64,000 bases of DNA. Origin: Lingula anatina (Eukaryota; Animalia; Brachiopoda). A program made the translations under genes and the position numbers. The stretch covers positions 3,844,001-3,908,000 of the forward strand of contig CM120646.1 in assembly GCA_051362555.1 (NCBI GenBank), read 5' to 3'. The notes below the pieces were generated by a model. It was not told where the DNA came from. It did not search any database and worked only from the letters and a program-made list of their open reading frames with translations. This document shows positions 25,288-39,315 of the stretch, one piece after another (within the stretch, counting starts at the first letter, position 1; each line of letters opens with the position of its first letter).

Positions 25288-28211
25288 ATGTGGAATTACT
25301 TCGCTTTGGTAATTGTCGATATTTGCCTCCTTTGGCTGATCACAACAGGTAAGACACATAAATGTCGACTAACTCACAATTTAAAATGAGTTAGTACACT
25401 GCACTGTATGTGAATAATTTCAATGAGGACCTCATCTTCCTCTTGTATTGGGGGCATTTTCGGCTGTATACGATTTATCCTCTACCAGGGTCACAGATTG
25501 ATGTATGTATAACAGATATTTAAAAAGATATATCAATGAATTCACAGATATGTTTCTGGCTAATTCATGACACAATTCTCTGTTACACTGCCACAGAAAA
25601 GTGCTCTTTTAATTAAAATTAATTTGTGGCACCGGTAGGGATATTCAGTATTCCCCTGGTCTGGTTTCCTTCTGTTGCTTTAGGATGAAAAGTGTACAAC
25701 TGTAGAAGCAGACTGGTGAGTTAATGAAAGATTGTTTTACATTGTTATTGTTCAGAACAACGTGGACCACACCAGAAAGCAAATATATTCAGAGAAATTG
25801 TATAAAAAATCAAATTTACTAGTGTGTCTTAGCTTTAACAAGTTTCCGGTAAAACAAAAGTGTCACCAATAAAAATAAAGTCAGTCGCATGTACGTACCG
25901 GGTATATGAATTGTACATGGGTCCAAAGGGAAAAAAACGCCTCACTTTTACCAAAGAGTTTTCCTGGTAAACGAGAATTAAACGAAAACGTAACAGACAT
26001 TGCCTCCCATTGTTTTCAACACGCTAGTCATTCCGACCTGTAAGAGAGCGGCAAATGGGCTCCACCCCCAAACGACATCGCCTCAACCCTTTGATATCAG
26101 AGGCTCATAAAATGGTATACAAAATTAAAGTATGCGATACAATAATTTTGTAGCGGACTACTAGGGCACCCTGTGGTCAGAGAGTATATCTCCTTCTCGT
26201 AAAAACTCCTTGGTTTTACAGCCAAGGCCGAACCCAGGGGAGTGTCCTGTTTACTGCAGTATAGTACGTAGTCAACATTAGGCTAGTGCATGTCAATTGA
26301 CAGTTAAAATACAAATACCATGAAAAACTTAAAAAAAAAACGTTTTTTAAGACAATTACTGTTGAAATCTTTATGGAGATATATTTGTGAGACATTCTGC
26401 GCCTTTATTTATTATTATTTTATGTTGTATTGTTTGGCGTGTGTGTGCGTATGTGTGTGTGTGTGTGTGTGCTAGTGTGTGCACTTCACAGCATTGTTTA
26501 ACATCAGAGTTGAGAGTCATTATGTGGTATAATATACCTCTGACATTCTATGGTAAAAGTCAGGAGATATCAGGAGATGATGTCGTTTTATATTCCTACA
26601 TTTCTTGTACCATTAGCTATCAGTATAACAGGGTGGCGCTCGTCAGTCATATAGGGTCACTGTGTTTTTCTTTATAGATGTCACTGTGTTTTCCTTGATA
26701 TGGCATTAAGTTTTATTTTTTGGACATAACAGGGTGGGTTGTGACCTCTTTAGGGTGATCCCTATTACGACGGAGAGGCACGCGGGGTTGTCATGTGTCA
26801 TATTGCGTGCGGGGGGTGATTGATGTCCTTAGTAGAGTAAGGGAATTTTAAAATGTGTACAAGGGTGACATTTGTTGCGTCAAATTTGAGAACAATTGTT
26901 TAATGTTTTTTTTTTCTTTTCTTCTTTCTTTATTTCATTTTGATTTCTAAAACTATACAAATCGGAGTAATTACATAGAAAAACTAGAATATATATTGAT
27001 AAATTTGCAATAGATTTATTTTTTGGCATGTTATATAGAATATTACTTGTACATATTGCCTGTAAAAATAGGTAGCACATCAGATGTAAATATTCAAAGT
27101 ACTTTAATCTTTCATTTTGATCTTTCTAGAAAAGATACTGATATGATTTGAAGTTGCCAAAACAGGACGTTAGCTATAAATACACAATTTTATACAAGCC
27201 AAAATTATATATAGACGATATTATTCAATAATTTTGCATATTTTATTTCTTGATGACCGTTCATACAAAAATGTACATTTTTCATTTATTAGTTTTCTGT
27301 TCCAGATTCCTACGCAGTGGGAACATTTACAACGTCCGCCATTTTGGAGAACGTTACCAGCAAAGCAATGGATATACAGACTACAGACGATATTTATCAA
27401 AATATCAGGACTACAACAGACTCATATTTTTACACAAAAAGTCAAACTGACACTGTGACCACAGCTCACGTGAAACAATACTCATCAAATACGGCTCAGG
27501 ACTTAGAAAATGGGTCTACAATAAGCGGTGCGCTATCAGAAAGAGACCAAACCACAATGGCAGCCAATTTGGCAACTCCAGAAGATATATCACAGAGTAC
27601 AACGGATGGCTCCGATTTTGACGAGATATCCAAAAATAGTTTGAATTCAACAAATAATTTGTTTGATGGACACTCAACAGGGTCCATTAAAAGTCAGAAT
27701 ACAAGAGAAACAGGCGGCATACAACCCGGCAATACGACAAAACAAAAAAGAGCAAAAAGTCCACAGAAAGATATATGGAATAAAATAATCATAGGTAAAT
27801 GGGTAAATATGTGGTATTACAATATGGGATTATATGGACATACGTTACATTCATAAACATTGGTACGGTCTTGTGCATTCAATTTGATCTTATCCAGTAA
27901 AAAAACAAGAATATATGGAACTGTCTCAGTAAAACATATGACTCGGTAAAACATATGAAGTTCCATTTAAGATTAATTTGGTATTACGTATTTTATTTTA
28001 CAGGGAAAGTGAGGCTGAGTACGCTAGTTGCCATTATGTCTGCTTGCATGATGACCCTTATCATTGTGTCCTGCTTGTCATGCAAACTGTACAAGAGGCA
28101 AGTATTTAAGTATATATATATATATATTTCAGTGCCTATCTTGGGCGGATCTTGGGCGGTATTTACAACCGAAGTGGATACGCGGACTAACATACCATTT
28201 TAAAGAAATAA

Positions 28212-28252
<41 letters not shown>

Positions 28253-28531
28253 AACTTCAAATCTTACCCAGAAGCATCACTGAAATGATATTTCTGTTCT
28301 TCTAGAATCAAGAAAAACCGAGATTTATACCAGCAAAAGATGTACATGAATATGTTGTTTGAGGACCTCTTTCAGCGGCAGAAGCACGCAGAACTGCACG
28401 GAGATAGCAGCCATGTATACAGCCTTGACCTCTGCATGCACGGGGCGGGAAAGTCCACCCAAAACACGTGGCCGCGCACGAATAGATCCACGGGAAGCTT
28501 TTTATCGCTGGATAGGATCATATACGTATGA
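25288..28531 (+). CDS. Uncharacterised type I single-pass membrane protein with a Ser/Thr-rich (mucin-like) ectodomain, 289 aa
   Basis: Exons 25288-25348 (signal peptide MWNYFALVIVDICLLWLITT), 27306-27794 (S/T/N-rich), 28004-28097 (TM LSTLVAIMSACMMTLIIVSCLSC followed by KLYKR; GC donor GCAAGT) and 28306-28531 (tail ending DRIIYV*) sum to 870 nt with consistent phases. Confidence 0.8.
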
Positions 28532-30114
28532 AAAAGACAATGGTGTAGTAGGAATACCAGTGTCTTCTATAGTTTCTTTGATGACAGATTTTATTATGTT
28601 CAAGTTTAAATGGTAATGTGCTAACAGTGCTTTACGGAGAAACAGCAATTAAAATATGTGCCAAAATGACAGACAAGCGACTATTCACAGCAGTTTCGTT
28701 CAAATTACTGTATATTAGGACCTCAAATGTTCTTTTGTCACAAACCACTGTTAAATTTAACTCACAGATACATGTAGGTGTCGATTTGTAAATGGTGTCA
28801 ATGTGCGAGAGCTTTTTTTAACGTCAGAGAAATTTTGTTGAGTGGTAGAGATGTGCAGGAAAAAGACCCATACATCCAGTATGTCTATCTCACTTCCCAC
28901 TGTCCCATTCAACACAACCCAGGGGTAGTCAGGTCAACTTGGTGAGTAAGGAGAAAGACAGGAAAACAGAATTAAACAACATCAGGGACGTATTAAACCA
29001 ATGTGGCAACCCCAAATGGACAATAAAAGAAACACAAGAGCAGAGAAATATTCAGGAGCATACATGTAACATGTAGATGTTCTGTCGTATGCAAAAAAAA
29101 ATGTCACAATTAAAAGATACGTTCTAACATGCGTGTTCAGCGATCGCCTAAGTGATTCAGGCTCGACACTAGGGGGCAGCAGTATCAGTTCTCTACCGTA
29201 CCTGGCGACACGAACGACACACAGTGGCAGTAGTGTAGACTGAAAAAATATGTTACGTTGACATCGATCTGTGACCTCTATAAAATATTTGCTGCACTCA
29301 AAAGGTGTTTTAGGCGTTATAATTCCCAACTGATGAACTTGTGACTGTGCCTCTTAGACGTTATCAAGAAATGTAATCATGCAAATGCGTGACTGGATCA
29401 ATAATAATCTCAGGCATTTATCATAGCATGATGAACTCTTCAGTATTTCATATCAACGTCGCTGTTTCGACTCAACATTTTATTTTGTGTTGTATGGTAA
29501 ATGCATATCATATTGCATTGCACTGTGATTAATTCTTATTATTGTTAATAAAAAAAACTCACGAGTGTGGTATATGGATGCACGCATACTAGTAAAACAC
29601 ATGCTATACAAGTATTTTCATCTTGCCAATTTACAAAAAGAAAAAAAAAACGTTTTCTTTCACATATATATTTATTCACGTTGTTTTAAATCGTTTTTGT
29701 TTAAGTTATAAATGAAAAACACATTCCTCGTTTGAATTTTTAGTTCAGAGTTGAAGGCACATTTCTTTATCTTACGATCTTTTTTATCGAAGGAAGTAAT
29801 ACACTGCGTTTTGTATATCCAGATTATGTTTATTTTGTTTTTGCTTTCTGTGGTGTTCATACTGATCTGTGTCTTTATAACAGTGTAAGTGTGTAAGTCT
29901 TTTCGTAAATGTACATTCAAGAATGGTATGATCAACACGTGCTCTCCGACTCTCTAAACTGCAGGCACGTGCATGAAGCAGCTTGCAAACGGTTCTGATC
30001 AGAAATCAATCACGACGACAACTGAAATTCTTGCCCTTTTTCTTTACAAAAAGAGCATTTACAAGTAGAGGACATTTTCTTTTATACTGTCTATTATTTG
30101 ACGACGCGGAGGCA

Positions 30115-33100
30115 TCAACATCCGGCGTACAACATTCTGTTGGGAGTATCCCTGGGCACCGACTGCACTATCCCGTGTGTGGACCTGGAAAATAAAATAA
30201 AAACGACAGGAAAACTCGTCTTTTTAAAATTGTAATAAAATGGACTGCTAAATGATTGTATATAGGCTACCCTTACATATCAATTCTGACCGTGATGGGA
30301 TTACTGGTTGTGACGGTTTACTCTCATAATAATAATAATAATAATTAGTTGAACTGAGATTAAAATTAACATCAAATACCCCTGGGACCGTGGAGGGAAT
30401 GAACTCACCACAACTGCAGGAACATCCCCACCACTCGCGGTGTAAGATTTGGCATGGCACTCAAGAACAAGGCAGCGGCTCCACTCTGAAAGTATGGCAA
30501 AACAAGCTGTATGAATCAATATATATGCATGATGAAGGGAAAAATGCAGTAATCAAACTCAGTGTGCGAACTTAGTTCCCAGCGTGTCAGCATGAACGTT
30601 TATAGTTTGTAAGTTTAACATATTCAGATTTACTTGTGAAGAAAGTGTGTTATCACCATTTTGATTAAGAAATGAGGTTGGTTGGTGTGCATAGCTGTGC
30701 AGTAAACACTCAGACCTTGGTTAACCTTTAAAAACTATACGAACAACAACACCTGAAGTAAATACACCCCATACACACAAACACCTAGGGAAACTGTTCC
30801 ACTTACCACAAAGGCGGTCGCTTGTGACGAACCTGAATGATCGAAACAATTATTTAAGATCCGTGTAGAAATGCCATAAGAATATGATAATTTAAATATG
30901 TTATCATTGTAACAGTGACAATTCTTTGGTAGCCAAACATTGTGAAGTATAGAGAACAAAGTATTTGATGGCGCATTTCATAAGTATCTTAGTGCTTCTT
31001 ACATACAAATTTTCAAAAAAAAAGAGTGACTAGATAAGAGTGACTATATTACAGAAAAAAACGAAAAAACAAAATAGATTCTTCTGAGAAACAATTAATA
31101 AACAACTATTCTAAAAATGCGTTAAATGATGTGAGTTTTAATGAAGATTTATAATATTCTGAAAAAATTTAAAGCATATTGTCTAAAATTACCAAATAGG
31201 AATTTTAAAATCTAAGACAAAAGAGATATACCAACTGAAATCGCCAGTACTTACCATCTAATTGAGTACCTCCAGCGTTGGAGCTGTGACTGGCACCTAA
31301 TATACTAGTTCCCTGAAATGAGAAATATTCACTGTGGTATCTTGTACCAGACTATAAATATACATCATGAAATAATGTAATTGACATACACTGGCATAAG
31401 ATTTTCTATTAGATAATATGGGATTCGCAAAGCTAGAACGTGTTTAACAATACCCATACTATTTGCATAATCAAAGGCACAATCCACATGTATACGAGAT
31501 GTGCAACACAGATTTAGTGCACAATATGATCAAATGCAAATAGTAAAGCCGTTTTCTATTAGAATAGCTATTTCCTAATAAACAACCTACCGGAGCTATA
31601 ACATTCACACACGGTCCATAGTTGGAATAAGAAGCAAACCCAAGTTTGGAATCTTTGTATTGCGCTCCAGCTGTCACTATTCTGAAATAATAACATGAGA
31701 TTGTAGCTGCACTCAGTCAAAAAAGGGAAGTCTCCTTTACTGATTGAATTTATTGAATTCAAACGTAAAACTGAAAGAAAATAAAATAAAACAAAATAAA
31801 TAACAGAACAAAAGATGTAGTGAAAAGTAAAGAAATACTGATAACAAATTAAAATTCAAAATAACATAAAAATTGATAACAAATTTACACGAAGTACATA
31901 CGAAAGTGTAAGAAAAAGGATAGACGGAAACGTTGCAAAGACCCAAAGCCGGAGAAGTTTACGTTACTTTAGCGTTGAAATAATTTGCCTTATCCCCGAC
32001 CAAGTGTGCTAATATCGTTATAAAAGGATAGATAGAAACGTTGAAAGACCCAAAGCCAGAGAAGTTTACGTTATCGTTGAAATAGTTACCTTTTCCTCCG
32101 ACTGGGTGAGCTAAAATGGTGTCGTTAGAGTACCCGTATCGTTCTGTGCAAGAAATTGAAGTGAGCAAAAAGAAATAGGGAGGAGGCTTTATATACGCTG
32201 TGGAATGAAAACTGTTCAGTGCAGGGTGTGGTACAGGCATGTGACGGTGCGGTTAGGTAAGTGCGGTGGCCTGTACCGTTATAATTAGTAGAGAGAGAGA
32301 GAGAAAGAACGGAAAATGTACTTCGCATAAGTAAACACAGAAACTCAAATTAAAATAAATAAATAAAAATATCGCGGGCAGTTACAGAGATAGAGTTAGA
32401 GAGAAAGTGTAATTCGGTTGAATAAGATACTGAATAAAACATGGCACCAACTCGTTAGTTTGATAAGACTTGTCGTTTTATTTATAGTAATAACATTTCT
32501 AAGGATATTGAGATATACTGTTTGATTGGATTGAAAACAACAGCCAAGAGATAAAAGAAAAGTTTAGACGATCGTGAAAAAGGTCCTGTTTACCAACGCT
32601 ATTGTTATTAATTTGAGCCAAACTAAGGCTGCTAAACTCGGATAACGAACAGCGCGTAAGTCTTCTTCCACGAAGAGCGACGACTTTTGACGTCAAATAG
32701 GTTGTTACCACCACTCAGAATATGAATCGTAACCAAAAAATAAGACTTTGATCAAGGGGCTTGAATTAATTATTAAATACCGAGAAAAAAACATTTTGAA
32801 ATTATTTGAGAACTGCAAACTGCAAATTTGTCCGCTTAAAAAATTTTGCGAGATGCTGCGGACTTCAGCTTAGCTAAGACCTATTTTTAACAATGCATGG
32901 TACTTGTGTGAACCATAGCCGTGTGCAGCACAGCTTACGCGTGAGCTGAGTGTGCCGGGGACCCAAGACACGCATCCCTCTGGGAGTTCCCTGCCGCTGC
33001 CGTCACCACTATTCCCTAGAAAACAGCATACCTTAAAATATGTCAAAGCTGCATTGTTTATATTATTACACACCTACAGATGTTACGTGACCTTAGTGAT

Positions 33101-36100
33101 AAACGCTTTAGTCAGATTTGGAAGTGTTTTTCGGTGAAATCCGAGTACTTTCTCTCGGTATGTGTGACAAATGATACACTGCCACTCTCACGATATACAT
33201 GTATATATGACTTGTACATCTCTCCATGGCGTATAAAGCTTCTGTGACAGTGTATTATCTCACACATAATTTTGAAATATACCGGTGCAGAGACAAATGT
33301 TGCACATTCCATGTAATTTTGTATAACTGTTAGAGGAAAACTATATTTAACATAAATTGAAAAACATTAAAAAACCCACACACGCTTGTTTAGCAGTAAA
33401 TTCTTGCTCTTATAATGCCTCATACCTGGTCTGTTGCCTCCTTAATCACGTCTTCCCAAGCATGGGACACCGTCATGGCAGTGAGGGAAAGACTGGAATA
33501 GAAAAGACACCATCCTAACGCTGTTTACTGAGAACTGCGAGGTCAGTTTTATACATTGAGCAGTCAATCCATATGTATCTAGTAGACATATGGATGTGTC
33601 TGACAAAGCTAAGTCACGACGGACCCTACGGTGTAGACTTTTTTGAGGGGGGGGTATAGTCTGAGAAAAATGGTTAGACCACGGACTTATTGAAAAACAA
33701 AATTGAAGTAAGTTTTTTTTTAGTCTATATGAGGATATTCAAAATATAGGAAAACCCAACTCGTGGAGCAGGCATTTTAGAGAGAAAATTCAATATGGCC
33801 GCCATGTTGGGACTATACATTGGCAGCAAGGAGAAGGTCTTTAAAACTAAGAAAATGGGGTAGTTGGTATTAAATGCGGCCAAAGTGATGTTTATTTACT
33901 TAATGATGCATCGTCCCTTCCGCTTCTTGCAGTCACTGATGGCGTAGTCCATTCCGTCCAAAACATCACTGAAAAAAAGCAGTAATTAACGCTTATATTG
34001 CTTAAAGAAGGCTACATTAATGTGAATACTGATTTTCAGCCTCTTTAACCTATTCAACAAAATGTTAGTTCCGCAAACAAAATGACTTTGTGTAGCGATG
34101 CACACATTTAAAACACCTAATCTTTCTGGTACTAACTTATGTATTATAACAAAAAAAGACAAAAGGAAAAAGAAAAGAAAAAGAAATCTACAACGAAGAA
34201 CAACTTAAACATAATATTTATTTTATTTTCAAAAGAAAAACCACGCAAAAAGCAGTTCTCTATCACAAATCCGCAGAGTCACAAACGGATATTACCTTTA
34301 AATGTGGTTAAAATGTATCTTCATACAGAATATATTCATTTAATAACATTTAAGGTCTTGATTTTGTAGCAGTAAAGTGAACAGGTAGCAATACGGTTTG
34401 GGAAATTGTTGCAAAATGGTTGGTTTATACATCACTCACACTAAAGTGCCATAGGCGTCATCTTTCAATATTTTCACGGCCACCAAGTTCACTTTTCTGG
34501 CTACGCCATACGTTTTGCCTCCTACCAGACCTGTAAGTTGACGTAAATTTCATTATTGTTCATATTAGAATACTAAAATGTGCGACCACAAACGCTCAAA
34601 TGACTAAGACATATAAATTATATACAATTGGCTTGTCGCCATTGGTAAAGGTACCAATTTTGGGTTAAATGTATACATGTAGGGGAGAGTATGAATACTG
34701 TGAGCTCGTACAGAGCAGCGGACGAACAGGACCGCGGATCAAATATGGCGATCCACTAAAAAGCTTGCCGCTTAATTCCCGATTGGACACTCAAAAGATT
34801 ACGCAACAAGCATTCAAGTGGGCCGACCCTATTTGATCTGCTGCTCTGTTAGTCCACTGCTTTAAATGTGCTCTATGAGCATTATGCAAATAGCGAATTG
34901 CAAGTAAATCCAGCAAACAATTGTTTAGACGTTATCTGGTGGTACCAGTATATATGATGTTACAAAACCATACAAAATGATGAATATAAATGGAGACTCT
35001 ACTTACTTGCAATGTGGGTACCATGGCCGTGGCCATCTTGGTCACTTCGACGACCAGATACAAACGATTTCTGAAATAATGAGTGTGATGACTGTGCAAA
35101 AACTATGCATATTTTTCACTTTGCTACACACGTTTATAGCCCTTTGACGTCAATTTGACGGTCTTGCAAAAAGTCAGTAACATGACATGTTATACATACC
35201 ATGTAATTCGTAGTTGAAATAGATCGATTAATACAAGAAGCGCGTACGCAGGGGATAGCGTGGTACTTGATGTTTAAAAAGATGTTCGACTTACTCCGGA
35301 TATGACCCTCGTGTCAAAATCTGAATGACTGCTTCGGATTCCGCTGGAATAAAATACTTTATATACGTAAACGTGTACTACAGCCTCCTACATCCTGAGT
35401 AATAATCAATATAATTTTCTTGTTTTGGCTGCTAAAATCCTGCAATTGTACCATGCTAATATTTCATTTGACACAACCTAGAACATTAAACTATGCAGTT
35501 GAAATCTCTTTAAAAACCTAATGTGCTAAAAATTGGCTCATTAGTCAACATTTCAATTTAAGGCACTTAGATAAGAGAGGACGGCGGATGTAACCACTGC
35601 ACTATGAGAGTACTCACGTGTCTAGAATATAAACGTACACCCCTCTCCCGTCGTTACCTGGAGACATTAAACGGACATCGTTTAAGGTAGATTGACACGT
35701 AAACATGGACAAAATTGGGCTAAATAACTTTTCCCATTTCTTTTACATAAAAAAAAACTTATCTACATATAAGTGAGATATAATGAAACACATGAAGAGC
35801 TAAAATTCCTCTTTTCGTTGTAATTTTCACCACCCAACGCACTTCTGCTTTTAGCTTTTCTATAAGGTACAATGTAGTGCCGCGGTGAAGGTAATTCAAG
35901 ATGGACGCTATCACTACTCTGTCTTTACAGGCCTAGGCGTATTCCTTCCTCATATCTTGATATGCACCTCCTTAATTCAATATTAAAATAAATGAATGAA
36001 TTTATTAATTAATTAACTGATCTATAAACGATGTACTCACCAATTGGTCGAAATTTCTTATCAAACTTTCCGCGGCGAGAGTCAAGCATGTCCAAACCCT

Positions 36101-36175
36101 GGAACAGCGATTAATGTGACATTAAACTGTTTTATTAGGCATTTTACACAAGAAATCAGAAATAATAATAAGACA

Positions 36176-36220
<45 letters not shown>

Positions 36221-38541
36221 CAATAATATAGTACCTACCCACGAACTGGCTTTACTGTTTGTCAGCGCACAGTAGGAGGCAGGCCACACCCGAACATTCT
36301 GTTCTATGTACTCAATGTTTGGATCATTCTTCAGTTGCTCCATATCCCTTCAACATTGATAAAATTTGGAGTGTGGTTAACGAGAGAGAGAGGGAGGGGG
36401 GCAGAAAGAGAGAGAGAGAGGGAGAAGAGAGAAAGACGAAAAGAGAGAGGTGGTGCGGAGAGAGAGAGAAAGAGCCAGGGGAGGCCACCTACATTTGCTA
36501 CGCTCTACCCCCTTAGCTTCAGAGATTCAACTTTCTTCCTTCAAATAACATCATATTGTCGTATGGTTCTTGCCCTCTTTCTAATATTTTAACAAATACT
36601 CGGCAAAAACTTTTTATGTTTGGAACGTCTCACCCTTATCCATCCAATCACACCTCCAATATCAAATTTTTAAATCCGCCAATGATGGCTCATGTTGTTA
36701 TCGTCAGTTTAGTGTGAAAGACTTACGTGACATCCGCATACATTGTCAGGAATTTACTCTTTCCAACTTGAAAATTCTTAGTTACTTTTTTACTCTTAAG
36801 CACGCTTAGTGGTTGGCGCCTATTCAGGGTTTTGACGGCTGCGGTTAATGTTCTTTCAGCTTTCAGGGCTAGAAAAAAGTAATTTTAACATTTTTACTTG
36901 TTATAATTGAGGAAGTAATCGCATTCAAAATGAAATATTTTAGAACGAGATTAGATCAAGTTTAATCAAAGTACTATATAAACATGTCACTTAAAATTTA
37001 CCGAAATGAAGAAGCATTACACATGAGTTATTATGTATATTATTTTGTTTAGAAAAGGGTACCCTAGTACCGTTAGCGTTATTCTTGAGTCGGACAATGA
37101 ACTTCCTGCTGTCGCTGGCCCTAGGTTTAGCTGACCCTGCCAACTTCAACTTAGGTACATCTGCAAACTGGGTAACCCGTCGCGACGAAATTCCCAAAAC
37201 TCCAAGTCCAGATTTGCCATTACTGCTAGCAGAGATAAAGGACGCGGCAGGTTTCAAAAAGCCCACGCTTGGGGGAACTTGCGGACCTTTGTTTCCGCCA
37301 AACAGGCCTGATAGTATGTTACTCGTAACAGTAGTTGCTTGTTTGAAAATGAAATTGGAAGATTATTAATACCAGTTCAGAGAGAGAGAGAGAGTAAAGA
37401 GAGAAAGTAAATAGCTTTGCATTACATATTACAACAAGAAATATGACAATCATTCAATACACGTGCCATGCAATGGCATAATAATAATGTTACTTGAATA
37501 CTTAAAGGTGCATCAAGGGGGGTGGAATCACAAGACGGAAGTGCAGTTTGAAGACGAAATTAGAAAAATATCAGTACGAGAGAGAGAGAGAGAATAGCCA
37601 AAGCATGAGTTAATTTAACTTTGCGTTACACATTGCAACAAGGGACACGACTATCACTTAATGCGCGTGTCAATTAATGTCATAACAAATTACCTTTCTT
37701 TGGTTTCGACACAGGTTTCGCTGCCGTCAAACTTCCCGGCTGCGGTGAGAGAGGGTTGGGAAACAAACGGCGGGCCGCGATTGAGAGCGCTGAAATGAAG
37801 GCGGTGAAATCAGGTGTGAATTTGGAGATAGGGACTCAGGAAACCATCATACCCTCATTGATAGGCCACTCAGCCCAGATATATTTTAAATAAAATTAAA
37901 GCCTTTTATTCAAAGCCAAATGCTGTCATATGCCTGCATTGCGTATTTCACAATGAAGAGAAGATGGACTCGAACCCCGCCATATTTATACAATCTTGGA
38001 TCCGCCCCCTTAATGCTAAGTACTTGATTGCGCATGCATCAAATAAAGTACTGTACATGAAGGGGGTTGAACTCACAAGACGGAATTACAGTTGAGTTCA
38101 TTGATAACCCTAACATTTTGTCTCTTTCATGGCTGATTTTAGTGCACATAGAAAGGATTACAAATTGGGGCATAATTTTTTTTTCTATGATAACTGAATG
38201 GGCTTTCATTGAATTTGTCATTAAATATTGGCGTTTCTAGATATCGGGGCCCATTTTGCCCACCAGTCGGGACGACTGGCTGCTCTTGACGTCACAAGCA
38301 ACCTCATTTAACTAGTCAACTTCAAATAAGAGACTACGAACTATTGTGAAGCAAACTTGTTTGTATTCAAGAGGGTTAATGTGTTAATTATATCATCCAC
38401 CCTTAATAAAAACAGACCACCGTGTCACTCTATATACGAGTAATTTTACTCTTGTTCAGAAGCTTATCATACTGTACCCTGTGCATTCTGACCAATCACA
38501 AGAAGAACCAGAATCACTGCGGTGCTACAATGGTGCGCCAT
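30115..38541 (-). CDS. Secreted subtilisin-family (S8A, proteinase K/aqualysin-like) serine protease with an I9-like prodomain, 504 aa
   Basis: Eighteen minus-strand exons: 38541-38478 (signal peptide MAHHCSTAVILVLLVIGQNAQA), 37789-37694, 37337-37071, 36868-36727, 36347-36239, 36098-36041, 35657-35618, 35343-35295, 35070-35007, 34530-34440, 33968-33900, 33492-33426, 33015-32939, 31681-31591, 31312-31255, 30832-30807, 30485-30409 and 30184-30115; total 1515 nt in frame. Motifs: VYILDTG (Asp), GHGHGTHIAS (His), YGVARKVNLVAVKIL, AAAGN (oxyanion Asn), SNYGPCVNVIAPG, GSSQATAFVSG (Ser) and TPNRMLY. Confidence 0.92.
31905..32125. repeat. Local tandem duplication (about 110 bp x2) in a protease intron
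   Basis: AAAAGGATAGA.GGAAACGTTG.AAAGACCCAAAGCC.GAGAAGTTTACGTTA occurs at about 31914 and about 32022. Confidence 0.8.
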
Positions 38542-39315
38542 CCTCGGTCCAGCCGTCAATGTTGCTTCAAGTGCTGTAAGATTTGACTTTAAATGGTCGA
38601 AAATGTCCTCTTTTAAGTAAGTTCCTCAATTAAAAGACACTACTGGTATCGTTAATCGTTCCAGTTGCATAAAGAGGATATAAAGACAACTTGACTTAAA
38701 ATGTGAAAGTTTAATTGCCCATTTATGACGCAGAATAGCGTTTTCATGAATTTGGGTTAATGTCCATTAAAGTACCATTTGCTAGGTTATATATGTATAT
38801 ATCGGGTATATGTTTATATCACATGGGTTATTGCTACCCTCTACCAGGGCGACAGATTGATTTTCCACAGATATTCACAGATATGTCTATAGATAAAAAG
38901 ATGGTCATTTTGGCTTTCAGCAAAAAATGTCCACAATAATAGCTGCAGCCCTGGTAGAGTGTAGGTTATTGGTGAAGATAGCAACGCTCATAGAAAACAG
39001 GATAATTTTGTACTTTGTTCGAAGCACACACATCCGTCATCACTTTTAAGCAGTGCATTTAAAACAACGCGCGATTCATACCAATACTACCAAGGTTTTT
39101 TTTTTTTACTTTCTCCAATAATCCTCTAACCCTCACAGGTTACAGATTTTTCACCAGATATTTATAGATAATTAAAATCCATCTGAAGGCTGTGATAAGC
39201 TCGGAGGACGTACTCTGCAGTAAAAGACCGATCGATATATCTCGTGTATGTCTAGAATGATTGCGTGGGATTATAACTGAGCCTAGAGGGGAAATGGGCA
39301 TACTGTCGAGGTTAA

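Noticed and set aside
26010-26270. GC-richer segment with hairpin CCTTGGTTTTACAGCCAAGG, a possible SINE or ncRNA
   Set aside because: I could not identify A/B boxes, a TSD or a known RNA fold, and it occurs once in the window.
28359-28616. Alternative-frame ORF as the last exon of the mucin-like gene
   Set aside because: Splice phase from the 28097 donor selects the frame ending at 28531.
32870-33073. ORF-track peptide GNSGDGSGRELPEG
   Set aside because: Wrong frame. The real exon (33015-32939) reads GIVVTAAAGNSQRDAC in the protease.
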